From Pseudidiomarina sp. (GTDB taxonomy: Bacteria; Pseudomonadota; Gammaproteobacteria; Enterobacterales; Alteromonadaceae), in the NCBI RefSeq assembly GCF_048267825.1, contig NZ_JBLWWR010000009.1, forward strand, positions 27,443 to 91,442: 64,000 bases of DNA, in the 5' to 3' direction. Below the pieces are notes generated by a model. It worked only from the letters and a program-made list of their open reading frames with translations. It searched no databases and had not been told where the DNA came from. Both the position numbers and the translations under genes were made by a program. Shown one piece after another: positions 56,185-64,000 of the stretch (position 1 is its first letter; each line of letters opens with the position of its first letter).

Positions 56185-57120
56185 TCAGCGAGCCCCTTTT
56201 TCGTTCAAAATAATAAGTAATTCGCGCACAATTTTTGCGGCAAACACGTCAGAATTTCCGGTTGGATCAATTTCTGGTGACAACTCAACAACATCAGCGC
56301 CAACAAGGTTCTTCTGTCGCAAAATTTTCATTAAGCTCACGTACGAATGAAAATCTTCACCACCGGGCTCTGGGGTACCGGTACCAGGCAAAAATGCCGG
56401 GTCAAAATAGTCAAGGTCGAGCGTCAGATAGATTGGACGGTCGGCTGGAATTGCCATCACGCTGTCCAGAAACTCTTTACGCGACTTACGCACGGTGCCG
56501 TGCTCATTCATAAACCGATATTCGTCACGGGTACCAGAGCGAATGCCGTATTGAATGAGTTCATGCCCCGGGCCAAAATGGTCTAGCGCACGACGAATAA
56601 TTGATGCATGTGAGTAGTGGTAACCGAGAAAGCCATCACGCAAGTCGGCGTGTGCATCAAGGTGAAGTAGCACTAACTCAGGGTATTGCTGCAAGTATTT
56701 GCGAATTGGCGCATAGGAAATTGAATGCTCGCCACCCAAGGTAAGCACCCGAATGTTGTCGGCTTCCAAGTTAATTGGGCCGAATACCTGATCAAATTGA
56801 TCGGTGGCATGTTGCCACTGCGCTTCCACATCATCACTTGAGCCAAGTGACAAGTTACCTAAATCATAAAACGGATGATCAAACAGATCGGCATCTAAGT
56901 AGGGCGAATAACTTTCGATGTCTTCTGACACGGAACGCAAGCCATCAGGCCCGTTACGGGTTCCTTTACGAAAGCATGCGGTGCCATCAAAACCAAACCC
57001 AATTATATGGGTGCCGTTGGCATATACAGCTGCATCGGTTTGTGCCCCAAAAAACTCGCGTACTGGGGTGTCCGTCTTCACTTCTAACGAAGCGATTTGT
57101 TTAGGTTGTTGCTGACTCAA
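56185..57120 (-). CDS. speB: Agmatinase
   Basis: Ureohydrolase motifs are present: LGGEHSISY, HLDAHADL and LTLDLDYFDP. The gene sits 1 nt upstream of speA. Confidence 0.9.
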   Translation of the reverse strand: MSQQQPKQIASLEVKTDTPVREFFGAQTDAAVYANGTHIIGFGFDGTACFRKGTRNGPDGLRSVSEDIESYSPYLDADLFDHPFYDLGNLSLGSSDDVEAQWQHATDQFDQVFGPINLEADNIRVLTLGGEHSISYAPIRKYLQQYPELVLLHLDAHADLRDGFLGYHYSHASIIRRALDHFGPGHELIQYGIRSGTRDEYRFMNEHGTVRKSRKEFLDSVMAIPADRPIYLTLDLDYFDPAFLPGTGTPEPGGEDFHSYVSLMKILRQKNLVGADVVELSPEIDPTGNSDVFAAKIVRELLIILNEKGAR

Positions 57121-57215
57121 GGTGATTCACCTCCGCTGGTTCAACAGTGATTTAACTGGCGTGCTTAAAAAGGGGGCTATTATCGTTGTAATTGCCCCAA
57201 ATTGCCACACTCTGA

Positions 57216-58241
57216 TTAACTACGAGAAGGCTTTTTTACTGGATTAAAAATCTCATGCTGAATGCGCAATAAATTCTCATCGAGTGGGTTCTTTTTCGTC
57301 CATGTGTCAATGAGTGGTACAGCAACCAGTTGACCGGCTTTTAGCCCTGTCATGACACCGGTTTCACCTTTTAGAATAAGCTCGACAGCATGCACGCCCA
57401 GTTCTGAGGCGAGCACTCGGTCGGATGCCGTTGGCGGGCCACCGCGTTGAATGTGGCCAAGTAAGCACGGCCGGCATGGCATGTCGTATTCGGCTTCCAG
57501 CTGTTCAGAGAGTGCAACAGCACCGCCAGGCCATTGGTGCTCGCTAAGTACCATGACGTAACTGCCAGGGCCACGCACGGCTTCAACACGCTTGATGTGT
57601 TTCACCAATGCGGCCACGGTCAGCGGCTTATCTTTTTGCAGTTCGGGTAAAATCATCCGCTCAGCACCGGAGGCCATTGCGCTCATCAAACCGATAAAGC
57701 CAGCATGACGGCCCATAACTTCAACAATAAAAACGCGGTCCATTGCATCGGCGGTATCGCGAATTTTATCGAGGGCGTCCATCGCAATGGCAACTGCGGT
57801 GGAATAGCCGATGGTTGCGTCAGTACCAAACAAGTCATTGTCGATGGTGCCGGGCACCCCAATAATTTGCCCAGACCAATAGTTACTTAAGTGGTGCGCA
57901 CCGCGAAATGAGCCGTCACCGCCAATTACAATTAATGCACTGATATTGAGGCTGTTTAGGTTATCAGCGGCAAGTTGTGCGCTTTCGTCTTCTTTAAAAC
58001 GCGGGCAGCGTGCACTTTTGATGATGGTGCCCGAATATTGCAGCACATGAGCCACATCAGCTGCGTGCAGGGGAATATGTTCGTTGTTTAACAGGCCTTC
58101 GTAACCGTGTCGAAACGCTATCACGTCCATGCCGTAATGTTCTGCAGCTAATACGACAGCGCGCAGCGCTGCATTCATTCCTGGTGCGTCACCACCGCTG
58201 GTGAGTACGCCAATCCGTTGTGCTGTTGAAGTTTCAGACAC
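57216..58241 (-). CDS. pfkA: ATP-dependent 6-phosphofructokinase
   Basis: IGVLTSGGDAPGMNAALRAVV, VIGGDGSFRGA and GVPGTIDND. Confidence 0.9.
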   Translation of the reverse strand: MSETSTAQRIGVLTSGGDAPGMNAALRAVVLAAEHYGMDVIAFRHGYEGLLNNEHIPLHAADVAHVLQYSGTIIKSARCPRFKEDESAQLAADNLNSLNISALIVIGGDGSFRGAHHLSNYWSGQIIGVPGTIDNDLFGTDATIGYSTAVAIAMDALDKIRDTADAMDRVFIVEVMGRHAGFIGLMSAMASGAERMILPELQKDKPLTVAALVKHIKRVEAVRGPGSYVMVLSEHQWPGGAVALSEQLEAEYDMPCRPCLLGHIQRGGPPTASDRVLASELGVHAVELILKGETGVMTGLKAGQLVAVPLIDTWTKKNPLDENLLRIQHEIFNPVKKPSRS

Positions 58242-58309
58242 CTCTATACTCCTCTTTACTATTGTCTGATAAGCTTATCGAACTTACCTTAATTTACAAC
58301 GTACACAAC

Positions 58310-59377
58310 ATGACCGTGCAGAAAAATATTCAAGTTGAAGCAAATTCGATGCGCCAGTGGGCTCAAGCCTGCTTGGAAAAAGCCGGTGCTGAGCCCAAAT
58401 TGGCACAGGCAATGGCGGAAAAACTTCTCGCAGCTGATCTCATGGGGTTTCGAACCCACGGCTTAATGCGGTTGCGTTATAACCTCAATTGTTTAGCCGA
58501 CGGCAGTTCACGTCGTACCGGTCAGTATCACGTGCTGAAACAACGTGCGGCAGTGCAATTATGGGACGCTGACTTGGTATCCGGTTTGTACGTGGTGCCA
58601 GAAGCGATAACTGCGGCAATTGCTATGGCGAAAGAATGCGGCACCGGTACTGTGGTTATTAAGCGTGCGCAGCATGTTGCGGCTCTGGCGGTTTACCTTG
58701 AACAGGCAACACGTGCGGGCATGCTGATTCAAATCATGTGCGCAACGCCAGGTCAGCAAGCCGTTGCGCCTTATGGCGCAAAATCGGCATGGTTTTCGCC
58801 GAATCCGTTCGCTATTGGTGCTCCCACTCAGCAATTACCGATATTGCTTGATATTAGTTTGTCGATGACAGCTGCAGGCAAAGTTCGAAAAGCTATTGCC
58901 GAGCAAAAGCCGTTGCCGTACCCGGCACTGATCACGGCTGCGGGAGACTATACGTCCGATGCCACAACATTTTTGGCCGACCCTGCCAGTGTGCTCGCCC
59001 CCTTGGGTGGCGAAGACCTCGGCTATAAAGGCTCGGGCTTATGTTTGTTCAGTGAATTATGGACCCTTGCGTTAAGTCAGTTAGGGCGTCACCAAGAGCA
59101 GCCGGGTTTAGATGCCAACACGGTGTGGATTCAGGTGGTCGATCCGAGTGCTTTTGGCGATGCGGAGGCATTCAAGGCGCAGGCGCAGGCGTTGGTTGAC
59201 GGCATGCATCAAGCCACACCTATTGATGCCAATAAACCTGTTCGGATACCGGGAGAAGGTGCGTTAGCTACGCGTGAGCGGCAGTTGCAATCCGGAGTGG
59301 ACTATACGCCAGAGCTTTGGCGGCAATTAAAAAAGGTTGCTGACAGTATGCAGCAACCTTTACCGGACGTTCTTTAG
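58310..59377 (+). CDS. Ldh_2-family (malate/L-lactate/ureidoglycolate) dehydrogenase
   Basis: Shows family-like features (..GFRTHGLMRL.., ..HVAALAVY.., ..GYKGSGLCLF.E). The start is set to the ATG at 58310, because the longer track ORF overlaps the pfkA start. Confidence 0.7.
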   Translation: MTVQKNIQVEANSMRQWAQACLEKAGAEPKLAQAMAEKLLAADLMGFRTHGLMRLRYNLNCLADGSSRRTGQYHVLKQRAAVQLWDADLVSGLYVVPEAITAAIAMAKECGTGTVVIKRAQHVAALAVYLEQATRAGMLIQIMCATPGQQAVAPYGAKSAWFSPNPFAIGAPTQQLPILLDISLSMTAAGKVRKAIAEQKPLPYPALITAAGDYTSDATTFLADPASVLAPLGGEDLGYKGSGLCLFSELWTLALSQLGRHQEQPGLDANTVWIQVVDPSAFGDAEAFKAQAQALVDGMHQATPIDANKPVRIPGEGALATRERQLQSGVDYTPELWRQLKKVADSMQQPLPDVL

Positions 59378-59395
59378 TACGGAAAGCACTTTAGA

Positions 59396-60034
59396 TTAAG
59401 GCTGTAAGCGTTCGACTAACCAGCTTTCATGCTGCTTGGTAAAGGTGAACCGGTCGTGTAGTCGATAGCGACCGCCTTGCCAAAATTCAAAACGCTCGGG
59501 CGCAACCAAGTAACCACCCCAAGTATCAGGCATGGGCACTTGTTGGTCTTTATAGTGTTCGGTGAGCGCATGATAACGCTGTTCCAATTCATCGCGAGAA
59601 GCAATGGTATGACTTTGCGCTGAAGCTAGCGCACCGAGCTGGCTTTCGCGAGGGCGGCTATAAAAATAAGCTTCGCTTTCGGCCCGTGCTATTTTTCGCG
59701 CAAAACCTTCAATACGAATCTGCTGTTCCAGTGCCAGCCACGCAAAATGCATAGCCACGCGGCTGTTTCCAGCAATGTCATGGCCTTTTTGGCTATCGTA
59801 ATTGGTGTAAAACACGAAACCATCAGCCTGAATATCTTTAAGCAGTACGGTACGTTGGTGCGGTTGTCCATCCGCACCAACGGTTGCCAAAGTGAACGCC
59901 GTAGGGTCCGTCTGTGACGGATGATCTTTCGCCGCTTGAAACCAACTCGCAAATTGTTGCATGGGTTCTTCAGCGAGCGATTCACGCGTTAGTTTGCCTT
60001 GGGCGTAATCACGACGAACACTTTTTAAGTCCAT
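59396..60034 (-). CDS. pdxH: Pyridoxamine 5'-phosphate oxidase
   Basis: MDLKSVRRDYAQGKL.., ..RTVLLK.....GFVFYTNY.S.KG.., and C-terminal FEFWQGGRYRLHDRF......W..ERLQP. Confidence 0.9.
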   Translation of the reverse strand: MDLKSVRRDYAQGKLTRESLAEEPMQQFASWFQAAKDHPSQTDPTAFTLATVGADGQPHQRTVLLKDIQADGFVFYTNYDSQKGHDIAGNSRVAMHFAWLALEQQIRIEGFARKIARAESEAYFYSRPRESQLGALASAQSHTIASRDELEQRYHALTEHYKDQQVPMPDTWGGYLVAPERFEFWQGGRYRLHDRFTFTKQHESWLVERLQP

Positions 60035-60055
60035 ACTGCGTCTACTTCCTTTCAA

Positions 60056-61735
60056 TTAATTAGCGCTGTACTCACGCTTACCTGCAACATAGGTCGCGTT
60101 AACGTGGTTCTGCCATAGTATAGCGGCATCACGCGCAAACGGATCATGATCTAACACAATGAAATCCGCCCACTTGCCTGGCTCAATGCTACCTAACACT
60201 TGTTCTTGGCCAGCAGCGTAGGCTGCATCAAGGGTGAATGCACGCAGTGCTTGCTCAAGCGTTAAGCTCTCGTGCGCATACCAGCCACCTTGTGGTTGAT
60301 TGTCACGGTCTTGACGGGTTACTGCAGCGTGTAAGCCAAAAAATGGGTCAGCAAGTTCAACCGGGAAGTCAGAGCCAGCCGCAATAATGGTGCCTTGTTC
60401 GGCAAATGTTTGCCAAGCATAGGCGCCTTTCATACGTGCCTTACCTAAACGGTCTTCTGCCATATTTTTATCGCTGGTTGCATGGGTTGGTTGCATGGAA
60501 GCAATAATATTTAAATCTTTAAAACGCGGAATATCTTCTGGGTGAACAATTTGCGCATGTTCAATACGATGGCGCAGGCTACGGCCACCGATGGTGTTAT
60601 ACGCACGCTCCATTTCGTCTAGCACAACGCGGTTCGCGCGGTCGCCAATTGCATGCGTATTGATTTGAAAGCCATGCGGAATAATCAATTCATAGAGTTC
60701 ACGAATGCGTTCTTGCGAAGTGACCATCAGCCCATGTTGATCAGGCGCATCATGGTAAGAAGCTAATAGCGCAGCGCCGCGGCTACCTAGGGCGCCGTCA
60801 CCGTAAATTTTAACGCTGCGTACTGCTAACTTGTCGTCATCTGACACATAGGGGCCGGCGGCTAACAATTCAGCCAGGGTTGGCTCGGTTGCCGACAGCA
60901 TTGCATAGATGCGAATAGGGAGGGCGTTGTCGTTCGCTAAGTCTTTGTAGACTTGCAAGTTGGTTGCATCAACCCCGGCGTCATGTACGCCGGTGATGCC
61001 GCGCGCTAACAGATGCTCAAATGCCACTTTTAAGGCTTGTTCTTGCTGCTCGGCAGTCGGTGTTGGAATAACCCGTTCAACTAAGCCCATGGCGTTATCA
61101 ATCAGTACGCCGGTAGGTTGGCCTTGCTGATCACGAATAATATCACCGCCATCAGGGCTTACTGTGTCTGCGGTGATGCCTGCAAGTTCCAGAGCTTTGC
61201 TATTTGCCCATGCAGCGTGGCCATCTACGCGCGTTAGGTAAATAGGGCGCTCAGCATCAACTTCGTCCAGTGTTTGTGCTTGTGGAAATTGGCGAACGTC
61301 CCAGTTTTCTTGATTCCAGCCGCGACCCAGTACCCAAGGCGCTGACGGATTTTTACGGGCGAAATCAGCCACTGTTGCTGCGGCGTTGCTTTCTGAGGTG
61401 GCGTCACGTAAATCAGCCAACATCAGGTTTTGGCCTAAGCCCAGCACGTGGCCGTGTGCATCGGTAATACCTGGCAACACAAACTTACCTTTCAAATCGA
61501 CACGTTGGTCAGCAAACTGCTTACCATAGGTTGCCTCAAGATCAGCAAGGGTGCCCACTGCGGCTATCTTGCCATCGCGAATTAGCATGGCATTAAACTT
61601 CACCAATACAGCCTCGGCACCTGGCTTTCCGGTTAGCGTGTAGCCGTTAAAATTATGGAATAACGTGGTTTGCGAAAACGCTGCACCCGTATATAACATT
61701 ATTAGAACAACTGTGATTAAACGTAAAATTCTCAT
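60056..61735 (-). CDS. Secreted amidohydrolase (YtcJ-like, Amidohydro_3) family protein
   Basis: Has a signal peptide, LPGITDAHGHV, NTHAIGDRAN and GKWADFIVLDHDPF. Confidence 0.8.
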   Translation of the reverse strand: MRILRLITVVLIMLYTGAAFSQTTLFHNFNGYTLTGKPGAEAVLVKFNAMLIRDGKIAAVGTLADLEATYGKQFADQRVDLKGKFVLPGITDAHGHVLGLGQNLMLADLRDATSESNAAATVADFARKNPSAPWVLGRGWNQENWDVRQFPQAQTLDEVDAERPIYLTRVDGHAAWANSKALELAGITADTVSPDGGDIIRDQQGQPTGVLIDNAMGLVERVIPTPTAEQQEQALKVAFEHLLARGITGVHDAGVDATNLQVYKDLANDNALPIRIYAMLSATEPTLAELLAAGPYVSDDDKLAVRSVKIYGDGALGSRGAALLASYHDAPDQHGLMVTSQERIRELYELIIPHGFQINTHAIGDRANRVVLDEMERAYNTIGGRSLRHRIEHAQIVHPEDIPRFKDLNIIASMQPTHATSDKNMAEDRLGKARMKGAYAWQTFAEQGTIIAAGSDFPVELADPFFGLHAAVTRQDRDNQPQGGWYAHESLTLEQALRAFTLDAAYAAGQEQVLGSIEPGKWADFIVLDHDPFARDAAILWQNHVNATYVAGKREYSAN

Positions 61736-61924
61736 AAATTTCTCTTTTTGACTGAATTTTATGCCCTGTAGAACGTTCCTAGTTTTACAAAGCGTTTAGA
61801 GTGCATCGCAAAAAATTCACTTTTTTACACTTTTTTACAATTTGGTAACACCAAACCTTCAAACATTCGTTAAAGCGTGTACAATACGCTAATTATTAGG
61901 GACATTTAAAGCGCGTGGACATTC

Positions 61925-62551
61925 ATGAAAATACTAATTATCGACTCGCAATTTTTCGTACGTGCTGGCCTCATTCAAGTGCTAACAAGTTTCTCAGATG
62001 AGCTGGCAATCTACGAAGCCCCAAGTTTTGACATCGCGCAAGAATACCTGCGCCACCAAAGCGACTATAACTTAATTTTCCTCGATATGGACATACCAGA
62101 TGCCGAGATTCGCCCAACCTTGCAAACATTGAAGAAAATGGCGCCAAGCTCGCACATTGTTTTGTTCAGCTGGCCACGGCCATTATCAGAAGTTCGCCAA
62201 GCCTTGAGCAATGGTGTTCGTAGTTATCTGCCCAAAGATGCGAGCGCTGAAGAAGCGAAGCAAGCTATTCGTATTCTGCTGCAAAACGATCGGTATTTAC
62301 CAGAGGAGTCGCGTTTAAACGACACGATAAATCGACAAGGGAGTGCTGAGCACTTTTTGTCGCCCCGCCAACTGGAAATTATGCAGCTGTTGGCGCAAGG
62401 TTTGTCGAACAAAGAGATTGCGACAATTCTCGGCATTACCGAAGGGACAATTCGGGTTCATTTGTCGGCAATTTTCAAAGCGATTAAAGTATCAAACCGT
62501 ACGGAAGCGACCTTATGGTACTTATTGCGTCAGAAACGTTTGGTGAGTTAA
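61925..62551 (+). CDS. LuxR/FixJ-type response regulator (receiver + HTH)
   Basis: The receiver region is KILIIDSQ...LIFLDMDIPD...YLPKD. The C-terminal LuxR HTH is LSPRQLEIMQLLAQGLSNKEIATILGITEGTIRVHLSAIFKAI. Confidence 0.8.
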   Translation: MKILIIDSQFFVRAGLIQVLTSFSDELAIYEAPSFDIAQEYLRHQSDYNLIFLDMDIPDAEIRPTLQTLKKMAPSSHIVLFSWPRPLSEVRQALSNGVRSYLPKDASAEEAKQAIRILLQNDRYLPEESRLNDTINRQGSAEHFLSPRQLEIMQLLAQGLSNKEIATILGITEGTIRVHLSAIFKAIKVSNRTEATLWYLLRQKRLVS

Positions 62552-63073
62552 ATGAAGTTGGAGCAATTGCTGGAATCGATAGAGCAAGGCCGGCATGCTC
62601 CTACGGAACGGTGGAATCCGCCTTATTGTGGCGAGCTGCCAATACACATTGACGCTGACGGTAATTGGTTTTATCAAGGTTCGCTGATTAAGCGCCAAGC
62701 CTTGGTTAAATTATTCGCCAGCGTTTTGGTGTGTGAAGACAATACCTTCTATCTAGTTACCCCCGCCGAAAAAGTTAAAATAACGGTTGCTGATGCGCCC
62801 TTTATTGTCACCACGTGGCAACATGTGCCCAATGCAGAGCCTCCGGTTATTCAACTGACAACCAATATTGAGCAGCAATTTGCGCTGTCAGAACAACACC
62901 CGTTAATCATTAAATCGGATCAACTCTACGTTGATTGCGGGCGTAACTTATGGGCAAAAGTGCATCGCAATGTGGTGTATCAATGGGCCGAAATAGCAAG
63001 GTCACGCACGCAACAGGGGCGTGAGATTTATTCCATTGAGAGTGCCGGAAAGCAATTTGATTTAAACGGGTAA
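62552..63073 (+). CDS. DUF1285-family protein
   Basis: ERWNPPYCGELPIHIDADGNWFYQGSLIKRQALVKLFASVL is the DUF1285 N-terminal signature. The start abuts the previous stop (TAAATG). Confidence 0.7.
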   Translation: MKLEQLLESIEQGRHAPTERWNPPYCGELPIHIDADGNWFYQGSLIKRQALVKLFASVLVCEDNTFYLVTPAEKVKITVADAPFIVTTWQHVPNAEPPVIQLTTNIEQQFALSEQHPLIIKSDQLYVDCGRNLWAKVHRNVVYQWAEIARSRTQQGREIYSIESAGKQFDLNG

Positions 63074-63152
63074 TGAGTCGCTTTATTTGCGCGAAACAAG
63101 GCGCTGCTCTATCATACGCAACCTAATATTCGTCAAGCTTGAGAGCCAATTC

Positions 63153-64000
63153 ATGAAGCCAATCACGGTAACGCTTGCCCAACTCGATTTCACGGTGGGT
63201 GCTATCAAACGTAATACAGATTTAATCGTAGCTACGTTGGCGCAGTATCAAGACAGTGACCTTGTCGTTTTTCCGGAACTTGCGATAACAGGCTATCCGC
63301 CTGAAGATTTGCTGTTTCGCGATGACTTGGAAGCGTTAGTTGACCAATCCCTGAATGAAATAGCCGCTGCAGCGGAGCACAACTTGGCCGTAGTTGGTCA
63401 TCCGCAGCGGGTGGGTAACGAGCTTTATAATAGTGTTTCGGTATTGCATCGTGGCCAATGTTTGGCGCGCTACCATAAGCAACGCTTACCACAATACGGC
63501 GTGTTCGATGAGCAGCGTTATTTTATTCCAGGCCATGATACAGGTGTATTTAGCTGGCAAGGGCATCGCATTGGCTTACTGATTTGTGAAGACCTATGGC
63601 ACGCAGAGCCGCTCAGCCAGTTGCGCACTGAAGGTGTTGATTTAATTTTAGCGCTGAACGCATCTCCTTATGAAGTTGATAAACATCAGCAACGCATGCA
63701 CATCATGCAACAGCGCATCAGCGAAGCGCACATTCCAATTATTTACGTGAACAATTGTGGTGGCCAAGACGAATTAGTATTCGATGGGCATTCGTTGGTG
63801 ATGAATGCAAACGGCGATTTAGTGGCTGAGTTACCTCATTGCCAACCAACATGCGCAAGCGTTCGCTGTGATAGCCATGGCATCACGTTACTCGACCAAG
63901 ATATTAAACCCCACCCACAAGATCGTCTTGCAGAAATCTATCAAGCACTGGTGTTGGCGGTTAAAGATTATGTCGGCAAAAATGGGTTTAAAGGCGTTAC
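63153..64000 (+). CDS. nadE: Glutamine-dependent NAD+ synthetase, N-terminal CN-hydrolase domain (runs off the window end; absent from the ORF track)
   Basis: Manual translation is open from the ATG at 63153 to the window end: MKPITVTLAQLDFTVGAIKRNTDLI...VVFPELAITGYPPEDLLF...YHKQRLPQYGVFDEQRYF..G......GHRIGLLICEDLWH... Confidence 0.85.
   Translation, partial: MKPITVTLAQLDFTVGAIKRNTDLIVATLAQYQDSDLVVFPELAITGYPPEDLLFRDDLEALVDQSLNEIAAAAEHNLAVVGHPQRVGNELYNSVSVLHRGQCLARYHKQRLPQYGVFDEQRYFIPGHDTGVFSWQGHRIGLLICEDLWHAEPLSQLRTEGVDLILALNASPYEVDKHQQRMHIMQQRISEAHIPIIYVNNCGGQDELVFDGHSLVMNANGDLVAELPHCQPTCASVRCDSHGITLLDQDIKPHPQDRLAEIYQALVLAVKDYVGKNGFKGV

Noticed and set aside
58220-58309. An overlap of the Ldh_2-family ORF with the pfkA start.
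   Set aside because: This is an artefact of taking the longest ORF. The upstream 30 codons are low-complexity, and the ATG at 58310 removes the overlap.
61925-62551. The orphan LuxR-type response regulator as part of a novel system with DUF1285.
   Set aside because: The receiver looks canonical (acceptor Asp in LDMDIP, and Ser and Lys present). The adjacency TAAATG alone is insufficient, and no kinase or further partner lies nearby.
63232-63582. Track ORFs 63232..63492 (-) and 63394..63582 (+).
   Set aside because: They are antisense to, or out of frame with, the clear nadE CN-hydrolase reading frame, which opens at 63153 and runs off the window.

Overview
This is a 64-kb chromosomal segment of a marine-type gammaproteobacterium. 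Gene content and order look Alteromonadales/Idiomarina-like, but the taxon is a guess. All homology calls were made by eye from motifs; no searches were run, and RNA and repeat ends are good to about +/-5-10 nt. The core begins with the classical neighbourhood rpiA - ygfA - ssrS (6S RNA) - zapA / ygfB-pepP-ubiH-ubiI / LysR <> gcvTHP (1-13.2 kb). Later core blocks are: an HDAC + acetyl-CoA-hydrolase/GNAT pair, an Nramp-like transporter, secreted peptidases and amidohydrolases, LysR-aceK, nhaD, aceBA, an SDR, a gluzincin peptidase, a lipoprotein + TonB-dependent receptor pair, tRNA-Phe, speBA, pfkA, an Ldh_2 dehydrogenase, pdxH, a YtcJ-like amidohydrolase, a LuxR-type response regulator, DUF1285 and nadE. 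Two visibly AT-richer accessory segments interrupt the core. (i) About 13.24-26.11 kb is an integrase-less defence-type island that starts right after the gcvP terminator. It carries an orphan BrnA-like antitoxin, a ShosTA-like PRTase/DprA pair and a GIY-YIG nuclease. It also carries a YbjQ-domain fusion next to a DUF4236 membrane protein, and a 2TM zinc-ribbon protein divergent from a CoiA-like nuclease. The last two modules are a GHKL ATPase fused to a Shedu/DUF4263-like nuclease and an overlapping operon of membrane proteins with an Mrr-type nuclease. (ii) About 49.7-54.1 kb holds decayed tandem islets at tRNA-Phe, with three copies of the tRNA 3' end, a frameshifted integrase stub and small secreted proteins and lipoproteins. 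No CRISPR array, rRNA, transposase or intact integrase was seen. The most likely place for an undescribed system is island (i). Candidates there are the uncharacterised modules around the recognisable ShosTA, plus short sequence modules repeated upstream of three separate cassettes.
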